Assembly: GCA_964555525.1 (NCBI GenBank)
Contig: CAZKTR010000001.1
Coordinates: forward strand, 1-34,209
DNA length: 34,209 bases
Origin: an uncultured Pirellulaceae bacterium
GTDB taxonomy: Bacteria; Planctomycetota; Planctomycetia; Pirellulales; Pirellulaceae
Direction of reading: 5' to 3'
A program made the translations under genes and the position numbers. The first letter of the stretch is position 1. Each line of letters opens with the position of its first letter. The notes beneath the pieces are model-generated. The model did no database searches. It was not told where the DNA came from and saw only the letters and a list, made by a program, of their open reading frames with translations. Positions 8,905 through 18,152 of this stretch are shown piece by piece.

Positions 8905-10707
8905 TCACCCACCCGCATCCACCATTTTTTGAAACGGCTTACTAGACGCATAAAGTTCATGGTAGGTTCCGGATTGGATTACCTTGCCGTCTTGCATCAA
9001 ATGAATGGAATCGCAATCCTTAACCGACCCAAGTCGATGAGCGATCATTACCACCGTTAGTGCGGGAAGCTCCCGTTTAAGTGACGCCATAATTGCCTCT
9101 TCGGTGACATTATCTAAAGCGCTTGTTGCCTCGTCGAGAAACAAAACGCGTGGTAGACGATAAAAGGCGCGAGCTAACCCGAGTCGCTGGCGCTGGCCGC
9201 CACTGAGCCTTATGCCCCTCTCGCCTACATGTGTCTTAAAGCCATCGGGCGTATCTTTCTCGATGAATTCCTTGGCTTGCGCAAGACGAGCTGCCATCTG
9301 AAGTCGTTCCACGTCGATTTGATTCTCGGGAACCCCCAACGCGATGTTGGCGGCAATAGTTTCATCATATAGAAACACTTCCTGGGGCACGTAGCCGATA
9401 CAGTTTTGCCAGTTGTAAACATTGTCTGGGTCGATCACCTGCCCATCTACCGTTAGCTTCCCCTGGGTGGCGAAAATGGCCCCCACCAAGATGTCAAACA
9501 GAGTTGATTTGCCACACCCCGTTGTTCCTACCAGTGCACAGCGCGTCCCCTTTGGAATAACAAGGCTAACTTGGTTTAGCACCTTGGAATCACTGGCTTC
9601 GTACTTATAACAAACCTGATCAACCGTAATTTCTGTTCGCAACTCTAGGGGCTCGGCTTCGCTTCGTGCCGATGAAGGTTTGAGTAGCAAGTTTCCGTTA
9701 TGCATGTCGTTGTGAATTACGTCGATCAAAGGCGCGTGTTGGCCAAAATTCGCCAGTTGCGAAAAAGCAATGTTGAGTGCTGGAAGAAGTTTGTAGGTAG
9801 CCAATGCGAACGTCGTCAGAACGGGGATCAGCTCAAGCAGTTCGCCACCCGTTGAGATTCTCCAGAGAATAATGGCGACCAACCCGCCAAACGCAAGCAA
9901 CTCGATCGAATACTTCGGGATCAAATTCACCAATGCAAATTTGGGCTGAACTGCTGCAAACCTTTCCGAGACGTTTTCAAACCGGTCCAAAAACATACCC
10001 GTCGCGCCTGAAACCCGCAGTGTTTTGCTTCCCGACAATAACTCTGTCAGAGTTTTGAACCTCAAATTGGTAGTGAGCAATCGCTCTTTTCCAAGTTCAT
10101 CAAGAGTCTTGCGGCGCAGTCGGTGCATCAGATAGTACACGACCGTATAGATTACAAAGACTACCATCGACAACCGAGGACTTATCCAAAGCAGCATCGC
10201 CAGTAGTACAATCACCTTAAGCAAACTTACGACTAACAAGCAGGACGATAGTAGAATTCCACCAACAAAATCGTGGACGTCTGAAACAATCTTCTTTGTT
10301 AGTTCAGCCGAATTGTTACGATGATAAAACTCAAAAGGAAATCTCGCGTAACGATCAAGTAGTCGAACCCCCAACCGGTGGGCCAATAACCAGATTGAAC
10401 GATAAACGGACCAGGTTGCATACACGCTGGCCACTGTCGTTAAGACAAATGTTGCCAGCATGGCGATTCCTGACGCGAACAGGAAATGTTGGTTAGATGA
10501 GAATCCGAGTGTCGATTTCGCGTATGCTAGCCAAGGGTTTGAGTCGATTACTTCTGGCGATGTAGCCATTTTCATAAACGGAAATATAGAAAACACCCCG
10601 ACGCTTTCAAGAAATGTTGCCACAACGAGCAGCAGCATCGCAACGGACAAGGCAAGCCAGTCCTGGCGGTTGAGGATGTTTCGGATTTTATTTAGTTGCT
10701 GCCGCAC
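8905..10707 (-). CDS. ABC exporter, fused permease/ATPase (MsbA/PglK-like)
   Basis: N-terminal TM helices; Walker A GTTGCGKST, Q-loop YVPQ, signature LSGGQ, Walker B LFLDEATSALD, H-loop IAHR. Confidence 0.95.
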   Translation of the reverse strand: MRQQLNKIRNILNRQDWLALSVAMLLLVVATFLESVGVFSIFPFMKMATSPEVIDSNPWLAYAKSTLGFSSNQHFLFASGIAMLATFVLTTVASVYATWSVYRSIWLLAHRLGVRLLDRYARFPFEFYHRNNSAELTKKIVSDVHDFVGGILLSSCLLVVSLLKVIVLLAMLLWISPRLSMVVFVIYTVVYYLMHRLRRKTLDELGKERLLTTNLRFKTLTELLSGSKTLRVSGATGMFLDRFENVSERFAAVQPKFALVNLIPKYSIELLAFGGLVAIILWRISTGGELLELIPVLTTFALATYKLLPALNIAFSQLANFGQHAPLIDVIHNDMHNGNLLLKPSSARSEAEPLELRTEITVDQVCYKYEASDSKVLNQVSLVIPKGTRCALVGTTGCGKSTLFDILVGAIFATQGKLTVDGQVIDPDNVYNWQNCIGYVPQEVFLYDETIAANIALGVPENQIDVERLQMAARLAQAKEFIEKDTPDGFKTHVGERGIRLSGGQRQRLGLARAFYRLPRVLFLDEATSALDNVTEEAIMASLKRELPALTVVMIAHRLGSVKDCDSIHLMQDGKVIQSGTYHELYASSKPFQKMVDAGG

Positions 10708-10708
10708 T

Positions 10709-11842
10709 TCAGGAATCTCTTGTCATTCTTACCTGCCATTTGTATGCAACGCTGATGCCGCATGGCAAAATCAGTGGCATTCTTACGGTAGGTTCTACTG
10801 TCTTTAACTCGCTTTGTTCGTGAGCAATGAGGACTGCCCCCGGCTTCATTTTTGTTAGCAACTCGGTCACGATTTCGTCGATCACGTTGGCAGGCAAGAA
10901 AACGAAAACAACATCCGAATTTGAAACGTCAGCTTCGTTGCCATCTACCGATCGTAAAGTTACCAAGTCGCCGCACTTCTGTTTCTGTAAGTTGCTTTCT
11001 GCCAATTGAAGCAATTCCTTGTCCGTTTCATAGCCAATCGCGCGGCACCCGAACTCTTTGGCCGCTTCAACCAAAATCCGTCCGTCCCCACAACCGATAT
11101 CGACCAGTTCATGGTGGCGGTTCAGACCCGCAAATTTCAAAAGCGGTTGAATCATCTCCGTAGGCGTACCGAGAAAAGGACCTAGACTTTGGATGTCTTT
11201 GACGCGAGCCGTTTTGAAGATGCGTCGCGCGAATTTTACAAAACCGTAAATTGGCCAAAGCGAATCCGGCATCTTAACGCATTTCAGATCGTCCACGCTC
11301 GGCCTAACAAGCCTCCCGAGTTTTCCGGAGATACTGAAACTCGGCTGCCAACTTAATTCAACTCTAAAGGGTAGTTGTTTGTCACACGAAAAATTCGCCC
11401 GGTCATAAAATTTTGTATAACGTCGCCAAAAGGAGTGACTGCTTCTCAGCGGACTGAAGTAGCCATCCTCATCTAACAACCGGGCAGCCTCCTCAACGCT
11501 TTTATTGTCCACCGCAACCATGAACCAATGGAGGATCTTTTCAGTTTTGGAAACATCGGTCAATAAGACTGGAACTCCATTCTTTTCGAACAAGTCTTGG
11601 ATTCGACGCATCTCTTCAACTGTGGACGCATCAATTGTTTCGACGGTCTCAATCGCGTCTCGAAGTTTCGTTTGAGCATCATCGGAAAGCGCACGAGAAT
11701 CCTCTTGCAATTCTGCTAGTACCGTTCGCAGTTGCGATGAATGTAGGGCGTTGATCAGCGTATCTTCGAGCTGTTTCGTTTGCATGTGTTTAGTGGCTAC
11801 TGGGGTTGAACCGCGGGTTTCGTTCGCGGGATCATTAATCAA
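10709..11842 (-). CDS. Class I SAM-dependent methyltransferase with a ~220-aa N-terminal extension
   Basis: C-terminal PFLGTP...VDIGCGDGRI...GYETD...VVFVFL. The start may instead be the ATG of MQTKQ (~11785). The stop lies 1 bp from the ABC start. Confidence 0.85.
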   Translation of the reverse strand: MINDPANETRGSTPVATKHMQTKQLEDTLINALHSSQLRTVLAELQEDSRALSDDAQTKLRDAIETVETIDASTVEEMRRIQDLFEKNGVPVLLTDVSKTEKILHWFMVAVDNKSVEEAARLLDEDGYFSPLRSSHSFWRRYTKFYDRANFSCDKQLPFRVELSWQPSFSISGKLGRLVRPSVDDLKCVKMPDSLWPIYGFVKFARRIFKTARVKDIQSLGPFLGTPTEMIQPLLKFAGLNRHHELVDIGCGDGRILVEAAKEFGCRAIGYETDKELLQLAESNLQKQKCGDLVTLRSVDGNEADVSNSDVVFVFLPANVIDEIVTELLTKMKPGAVLIAHEQSELKTVEPTVRMPLILPCGISVAYKWQVRMTRDS

Positions 11843-11868
11843 TTGACGGTGAGAAAATGTAATGCCTG

Positions 11869-13317
11869 TTACTCGACGACAGGGTTTCCGCTCCAGAAAA
11901 CGTTCGCGGTTACGGTGTCTTGTCCAAGGTCTTCCACCATAAACAACATTCTAATTTTGTCGAAGCCGTGCCCATCAATCAGCTTTTGTTTTCGGTGTAG
12001 ATAATTCGCATATCGGTACAAGTTTCCTCTTGTGTTACGTTCTTGGCGCGCCAAGTATGTTCGCCAGATAACCGGCACTCTCCGTGGACCACTCAAAGGT
12101 GGTCTGGACCATTGCACTGGCTGATGGTCTCGCAAGAGATCTATCGTTTCACCATCTTTCAAAGTGCCCTCTACGATAAACCATCCGTCACGTTTCAGAT
12201 TTTTCGGCTTAGCAAAAACGCGCCAATTTTGTGAAAGCTTCATGTGAGACACATAGGTTCGGGAAACACGACTAGCGATCCCCAGATTGCCTACAGGAAA
12301 AGTTGTAATCATGACCGCAATAATGGAACTTACGGCGACCAATATAGCGATTGTTTGTTTTTTGCTTTTGATGACCGACCGCGCTGATGCTGTAACTGAG
12401 TTGGATTCAGCCGCTTTAGCGTAACGAATGCCGAACCAATCCCAAACGCCGCCGGGAATGATTGGTAACCAAAGCACCATTGAAAAAAATGGAAAGAGGC
12501 CAATGTCGCACGTGAGTGCAATGCCGGCGTGGAGGCTAAAAAATGACAGAAAGCAAAGTCCTCTCCAACAACGCAAGCCCAACGGGATAAACAGTAGCAA
12601 GGTGCCCAAAGCCTCTAGCCACCAGGCACCAAGAGTCATGGCCCAGAGAACAGCTGGATAATTTGTTAGGTACCTTCCAAATCCGGATGCGAGGAGATCC
12701 ATTTGCAAGATGTGCATCAACGCAGTTCCGTTTCTCCATGTGACATCTTTTGCGTACGCGGCGCAGACATAGATGGTGACCAACTGTAGCAAGTAGCACG
12801 CGATGCCAACTCGCAGAGCTGTTTCACCCAGAGAATCAGGCGCGCGGCCTCTAAAGCGGTCTATTGAAAATCGGTTGCTTAATGGCAAGAAGATTGCCCA
12901 AAATAATGCCAATCCCAAGGTTACATCCGCCCCTGAAGAATAGACGGGATTCCGCGTCATGATTGAAGCGTGGAGAAACCAGGACGCGATGACGAAAAAT
13001 CGCGTTCGATACCCCACCGTGACACACGCAGCACAAAGTCCCGCAATCCAAAAAAGTCCTGCTTGATAGATTTGGCTTCCATTGAGCAAATGAAGTGAAA
13101 AGTGCGACACACCAAAGGTCGGATGACCGCGCACCTCTCGTACAACTTCGAGTGGAATCAATCCGTTTTCAGAGTACATGATTTCAAAAACAGATGCCCG
13201 GTCCAGAAGGTCAGCGATGGTGACAATCCCCAGCATGATTCGAAACAAAGCCAAGGAGCGGCAATCAAGCATCGTCACTTGACGAACGTAGTCCTTGATT
13301 TTACCTGACAAATTCAA
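11869..13317 (-). CDS. HTTM-domain membrane protein (vitamin K-dependent gamma-carboxylase/SdpB-like family)
   Basis: DCRSLALFRIMLG, VGYRTR, RNP...GAD, LPL..RFSID, Y..A.AK...W.NG.AL, LHAGI...IGLFP and QNWRVFA are typical HTTM-family motifs. Confidence 0.85.
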   Translation of the reverse strand: MNLSGKIKDYVRQVTMLDCRSLALFRIMLGIVTIADLLDRASVFEIMYSENGLIPLEVVREVRGHPTFGVSHFSLHLLNGSQIYQAGLFWIAGLCAACVTVGYRTRFFVIASWFLHASIMTRNPVYSSGADVTLGLALFWAIFLPLSNRFSIDRFRGRAPDSLGETALRVGIACYLLQLVTIYVCAAYAKDVTWRNGTALMHILQMDLLASGFGRYLTNYPAVLWAMTLGAWWLEALGTLLLFIPLGLRCWRGLCFLSFFSLHAGIALTCDIGLFPFFSMVLWLPIIPGGVWDWFGIRYAKAAESNSVTASARSVIKSKKQTIAILVAVSSIIAVMITTFPVGNLGIASRVSRTYVSHMKLSQNWRVFAKPKNLKRDGWFIVEGTLKDGETIDLLRDHQPVQWSRPPLSGPRRVPVIWRTYLARQERNTRGNLYRYANYLHRKQKLIDGHGFDKIRMLFMVEDLGQDTVTANVFWSGNPVVE

Positions 13318-13543
13318 TTTCGCGTTCCTGTATTCGAATCTTTCGTTTTAATCAAAGCATAACCTAGACATGGACTAAGCGACGTAAAGAAGGGATTAAA
13401 AGCTGAAAACGCCTCTCTTTTTTCAACTCTGTGTCTTTTAAAAGGTTTGGGGAAGATTGAGTGTGGTTCTGTAGCTTACATGACAGGCCGGTGGATTATC
13501 GCCGAGAATGACTGGCTAAAAAAACTCTGGCGTCGTTGGGAAA

Positions 13544-14365
13544 TCAATCGGCAAAGTAGAAACTACGGCGCGTTGCAAAACCATTTTGAATACCAAATTG
13601 CTTAACCTCCCGGTCCGTAAAGGTCAAAGGGCATTTTTCAGAACCACGTTCCAGAGCCACGGAGGCTACTAGGTCGTCGTTCAACCGCCATTGAGTCAAC
13701 AATACGGTGGTGGCGTCGTTCTGTGTGCGACTTGAACTGGTTGGAAGCGATACTTTAATCACCCGATCCGCCATGCCACCAAACGGAACTTCGATTTGGC
13801 GAACCCCAGTAGAAATGCCTCGGCCATCAACTTTGACGACTGCTTCTTTACGAGTCCATGCGCGAAAAAAGCCGAACGACCTTTCGGCCGGAGGAAGCGA
13901 CTGCCATTCTAAAAACTGATGTTCTGCGAAAATTTCCGCAGCCATGAGCTTCATGTCGGGAAAGCTGCGAATCCGTTCGATATCGACACCTATTCGATGC
14001 GACGCAGAATACCCGATCAACACATATTGTTGGCTCCTAGAAAAACTGAAGTGACCGCCTTCGCTTGGTGAAGTCGGTGAATTCGAAACAACAGGCTTGC
14101 CATTATTTTCGATTGAGAATGAAATTTCATTCGAAGGTATGTCTAGTTCCCGGCCCAGAATTTCACGTAAACAGAATCGACCTGCAATAAAACGATCCCT
14201 TAACAGTGGATCATGAAAGTTGTTGGCTCTGACAAGTTCGTCTTCAGAAAGCGTCGAGAACATCTGATTGACGTCGATGTGGACCATCATTTCGTCCACA
14301 TCAACACAGACCAGCAAAATCGATTCATGTTTTTTGATACCATCAAGCATGCGTTGCCAATCCAT
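13544..14365 (-). CDS. Sfp-type 4'-phosphopantetheinyl transferase
   Basis: LSEDELVRANNF...RFIAGR, NGKP, IGVDIE, FFRAWTRKEAVVK motifs. Confidence 0.92.
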   Translation of the reverse strand: MDWQRMLDGIKKHESILLVCVDVDEMMVHIDVNQMFSTLSEDELVRANNFHDPLLRDRFIAGRFCLREILGRELDIPSNEISFSIENNGKPVVSNSPTSPSEGGHFSFSRSQQYVLIGYSASHRIGVDIERIRSFPDMKLMAAEIFAEHQFLEWQSLPPAERSFGFFRAWTRKEAVVKVDGRGISTGVRQIEVPFGGMADRVIKVSLPTSSSRTQNDATTVLLTQWRLNDDLVASVALERGSEKCPLTFTDREVKQFGIQNGFATRRSFYFAD

Positions 14366-14425
14366 CGACTAAACTAGATATAGTTTTATGATAAACTTGC
14401 ACCAGAAACTTCTATTCTAACCAAG

Positions 14426-15583
14426 ATGCCTGCCTCGATGAATTTCGAACCAACACAAACTCAGCTTGCCCTTAGCGAGCAAACAAAAGAATTCGCAAAA
14501 CAACATCTGGGTAAGGATCTCAATGAACGCGATGCAACCAGTCAATTTCAAATCGAGGACTGGAAAGCCTGCGCGAATCAGGGAGTTTTCGGGCTTAATA
14601 CGCCAGAAAGTTTAGGCGGCGGCGGGCATGATGTTCAGACTTCAGTTTTGATGCTCGAAGCGCTTGGCTATGGCTGCTCAGACAATGGTCTCACACTGGC
14701 GATCAATGGTCAAGTCTGGTGTGTTCAAGCGCCCATTCTTGAATTCGGTTCAGATTTTCAGCGCGAAAAATATGTCAAGGCAATGGTCGACGGCTCCATG
14801 ATCGGTGCTCATGCAATGACTGAACCTGAGTCAGGTTCCGATGCGTTCTCGATGAAATCGACCGCCGAAAAAACTGAAGGTGGTTATATCCTTAACGGGC
14901 GTAAAATCTATGTGGGCATGGCACCGGTTGCCGATTGTATTCTTGCCTTTGTTTCCACAGATCCCAAACGAGGTCGCTGGGGAATCTCAGCCTTCATTGT
15001 CGATGGAGATGCCGAAGGAGTGACCTTGCACCCAGCTCAACAAAAAATGGGACTTCGAACCGTTCCGACAGGATCGATTGAATTTAAGAACGTATTTGTT
15101 CCAGAAGAGAATCTTGTCGGAAAGCCTGGTGCTGGTGCCAGTATTTTCTCGGCTTCGATGGACTACGAGCGAAGTTTTATTTTCACCAGCCATGTGGGTT
15201 CCATGGCACGGCAATTGGACCAAGCGATTGAGTTTACCAAAACACGTCAACAGCTTGGGCAGTCGATCGGAAAGTTTCAGTCAATTTCGAATCGTATTGC
15301 CGACATGAAACTGCGACTCGAAACGTCGCGGTTGTTACTTTATCGTTGTGCGTGGCTTGTCGACCAAGGCAGAAAAATTCCGATGGAAGCCGCGATGGCA
15401 AATCTACACATCGCTGAGTCATTCGTGGAAAACAGCCTTGGGGCGGTTCGAATCCACGGCGGCCGCGGTTACATGAGTGAGTTCGAAGTGGAACGTGACT
15501 TCCGCGACGCGGTCGGTGGCGTAATCTATTCGGGAACGTCCGATATTCAGCGAAATCTAATTGCGGGGCTACTAGGACTTTGA
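14426..15583 (+). CDS. Acyl-CoA dehydrogenase family flavoprotein, prolyl-[PCP] dehydrogenase (PltE/RedW)-like
   Basis: EALGYGCSDNGL, AMTEPESGSD, KMGLRT, DYER, RQQLGQSIGKFQ, HGGRGY, IYSGTSDIQRNLIAGLLGL. Alternative ATG at 14438. Confidence 0.85.
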   Translation: MPASMNFEPTQTQLALSEQTKEFAKQHLGKDLNERDATSQFQIEDWKACANQGVFGLNTPESLGGGGHDVQTSVLMLEALGYGCSDNGLTLAINGQVWCVQAPILEFGSDFQREKYVKAMVDGSMIGAHAMTEPESGSDAFSMKSTAEKTEGGYILNGRKIYVGMAPVADCILAFVSTDPKRGRWGISAFIVDGDAEGVTLHPAQQKMGLRTVPTGSIEFKNVFVPEENLVGKPGAGASIFSASMDYERSFIFTSHVGSMARQLDQAIEFTKTRQQLGQSIGKFQSISNRIADMKLRLETSRLLLYRCAWLVDQGRKIPMEAAMANLHIAESFVENSLGAVRIHGGRGYMSEFEVERDFRDAVGGVIYSGTSDIQRNLIAGLLGL

Positions 15584-15917
15584 AATGCAACTGAAACCCT
15601 AAGCTTATATGGAACTCAGGCGCGACCGCGAGCGTAGTTCGTGGCTAGAAAAACTTCGCTTCCGTTTTCCCCCCAAGCCCATAGAACGCGGTTTCTTGCG
15701 ACATTTTCGCTATATAGCTTCGCCAGACCTCCCATTTTCGTGGAATGCAAGGGCTTAGGAGCTTGTAGTTAGCTAGAAGCTAAATCCACGTTTCACTAAA
15801 CGGAGGATCCTTTTAAACTGAGGGCTGCTTTGATGTGCCTACGGGCTGCATCAAGTCGTTGAAACAAACTTTGACTAAACCAAATTAAAACTCAAAAACG
15901 CCAAGGACGGTGTTGTT

Positions 15918-17366
15918 TTGCAAGATCCGTTTGCAGATAAATCGAACAATAATTATCAACGTGAAGTCCAGATGTGGATGACCGTGTTGATGTGCCTGTT
16001 GGTTGCTTTTCTTTACTTGGCGATCAAACGTTTGAACGGTCCGGAAAGTGAAATTCCGGATCACATTTTGCAGTCTAGCGTCGCGCATGTTCCACCCATT
16101 GAGTATGACCGGGCTGAGATTTTGTCGCCGAAGCCGCCGCGCTTGTCGAGTGTTCCACCGATCCGAAGTGGTTCGTTTCCAACGAGTGTATCTGCGAAAC
16201 CGAAGCTAAGCCGGACGAAACCAGAGCCGTTGACGAGGCCGGATTTCGGATCCAGTGGCCGAAGTATCTCCTCGAATCAGTTCTCTAGCGTTTCGCCGAA
16301 GTCAACTGAAGCTGCTGGTTTGAATAAGGTTCCGTTGCCGTTTCCCAAACCAGCAAAGATTGAAGTGAAGGATCTAGATGTCGCTAAAGCCGACGGTAAG
16401 GCCGATGCGGTCGGGCGAGAACGGGCGAAGCAACTGGCCGCGTTGACCAGCGGCTTGCCAGAGCGTCTGAATCAGATTCATTCTTCGGTCAAAAGGGCAA
16501 CGGCAGAACTACCACCTGAGGCCGTTGCAGCGGAAAGCAATCCACCAGTGGTTGACAATGTGTTCGTGCCGACTTCGCCACTCAAGCCCGCAATTCGATC
16601 ACCACTTAAGCCGATCGTTGAGCCACCGAAAAAGTTTACGAACAAGGAACCAATTAAGGCAGTGGAGCCGATTCTGGTTCAGCCCGCAGGGAATATCTCG
16701 TTTCCCAGTGAGCCGCTCGTCGCCTCCCCTGCCCTCTCGCCGATTCCAAGCCCTACGGTGCCGAGGATTCCAAGAGTTCCTGTAAAGGAAAGACCAGAGT
16801 CAAATGCGTTTGTGCCGTTTCCTTCGCTCAGGCCCAACTCCGCGCCTATTCCGAAGGTTGCCGTTAAGGCTCCAAGGGTGGCGATGCCGATTGAGCCGGT
16901 AAGTAAGCCCTTAGAGAACGTGAAACCAGTCAAGCCGGGGCCTAGGCCGGAGCTGAAGCGGCACGTTGTTCGAGCCGGCGATAGTTTCTTTACGATCGCT
17001 CAGCAGTATTACGGTGATGCTCAGTGGTTTCGAGCTTTACGTTTTGCAAATCAATCGGTGGCCGACGGCGGCGAATTATCTGTCGGGGTCTCGTTGGTCA
17101 TTCCGACTACGGAAGAGCTTACCAAGCAGTTCCCTGAATATGCGTTGCGAACCGCAGCTGAGCAGCCCAGCGAGGCTGAGCAACGGATTTATGTGACTCA
17201 AGCCGGAGACACATTGTTTGATATCGCTCGGCGAAAAACCGGCCAAGGATCCCGATTTTCGGAGATAATTGGCAGCAACGAGCTTCGGTTGCCGGCAGAA
17301 ATTCGAGCTTCTGACCAACTTCCTGAAGGCCTACGCTTGGTCTTGCCGGAATCTTCGCTACAATAG
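15918..17366 (+). CDS. Membrane-anchored Pro-rich protein with two C-terminal LysM domains
   Basis: N-terminal TM helix, long P/S/K-rich linker, LysM repeats HVVRAGDSFFTIAQQYYG and YVTQAGDTLFDIARRKTG. Start codon uncertain. Confidence 0.85.
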   Translation: MQDPFADKSNNNYQREVQMWMTVLMCLLVAFLYLAIKRLNGPESEIPDHILQSSVAHVPPIEYDRAEILSPKPPRLSSVPPIRSGSFPTSVSAKPKLSRTKPEPLTRPDFGSSGRSISSNQFSSVSPKSTEAAGLNKVPLPFPKPAKIEVKDLDVAKADGKADAVGRERAKQLAALTSGLPERLNQIHSSVKRATAELPPEAVAAESNPPVVDNVFVPTSPLKPAIRSPLKPIVEPPKKFTNKEPIKAVEPILVQPAGNISFPSEPLVASPALSPIPSPTVPRIPRVPVKERPESNAFVPFPSLRPNSAPIPKVAVKAPRVAMPIEPVSKPLENVKPVKPGPRPELKRHVVRAGDSFFTIAQQYYGDAQWFRALRFANQSVADGGELSVGVSLVIPTTEELTKQFPEYALRTAAEQPSEAEQRIYVTQAGDTLFDIARRKTGQGSRFSEIIGSNELRLPAEIRASDQLPEGLRLVLPESSLQ

Positions 17367-17464
17367 GTGGACAAAGGTTTAGTGGTCGGGTTGGCAGTCA
17401 GTTCTTGCTTTAGGCTGCTTGCTTGCGGCTTCGCTGGCTAATGTTTGTTCATCGGTCGTTCGAA

Positions 17465-17950
17465 ATGTCAAACTTTGTACTTTCAAAAATCGTTAGTGGC
17501 GGCCAAACCGGTGTCGATCAAGCGGCGTTGGAGGCGGCGATTGCAATGGGGGTTGAGCACGGAGGCTGGTGCCCGGCAGGACGGAGGTCCGAACGAGGAC
17601 GAATTCCGGACGGTTTTCAACTGCGGGAGACTCGTGAACGTAACTACGTGGTTCGCACCGAAAAGAATGTAATCGATTCCGACGCGACGATGATTTTATT
17701 TCGTCACGAACTCTCTGGTGGAACGTTGCTGACCGAACGACTGACACTAAAACACGATCGCCCGGTGCTATGTGTGAACCTGAGTATCGACGATGTGTTT
17801 GAAGAATCGATTGATCGAATCAAAGAATGGCTGCAACGGTTTCAAGTTAAAACCTTGAACGTCGCCGGGCCAAGAGAATCGAGCTCGCGAGGCATCCAAG
17901 TACAAGCCGAAGATTTCCTCAAGCGAATGCTTGAGGTTGTGTGTTTGTAA
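17465..17950 (+). CDS. Putative molybdenum cofactor carrier / cpYpsA SLOG-family protein
   Basis: KIVSGGQTGVDQAAL, HGGWCPAGR, RTEKNVIDSDAT, GGT, LNVAGPRES motifs; ATG at 17465. Confidence 0.85.
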   Translation: MSNFVLSKIVSGGQTGVDQAALEAAIAMGVEHGGWCPAGRRSERGRIPDGFQLRETRERNYVVRTEKNVIDSDATMILFRHELSGGTLLTERLTLKHDRPVLCVNLSIDDVFEESIDRIKEWLQRFQVKTLNVAGPRESSSRGIQVQAEDFLKRMLEVVCL

Positions 17951-18152
17951 GTACGGCTTTAGCCGCAAGGTGGCGACAGTTGCCTCGGCCTGTCTTACGC
18001 GCCGGCCGAGCAACCAAGCTTCGTATTAACAACCGTCCAAATTTTTATAATGGCACTTAGTCACCGGTTTCGACGGATGGCGCGCGAAGACCGGCTAGAA
18101 GCACACCGTCGCTACCTTTTACGGCCTCCGGCCGACTCAACGCACATCGCCG

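Noticed and set aside
16100-16960. Pro-rich quasi-repeats (SPLKP x2) as a DNA repeat element
   Set aside because: Low-complexity protein linker within the LysM gene, not an independent element.
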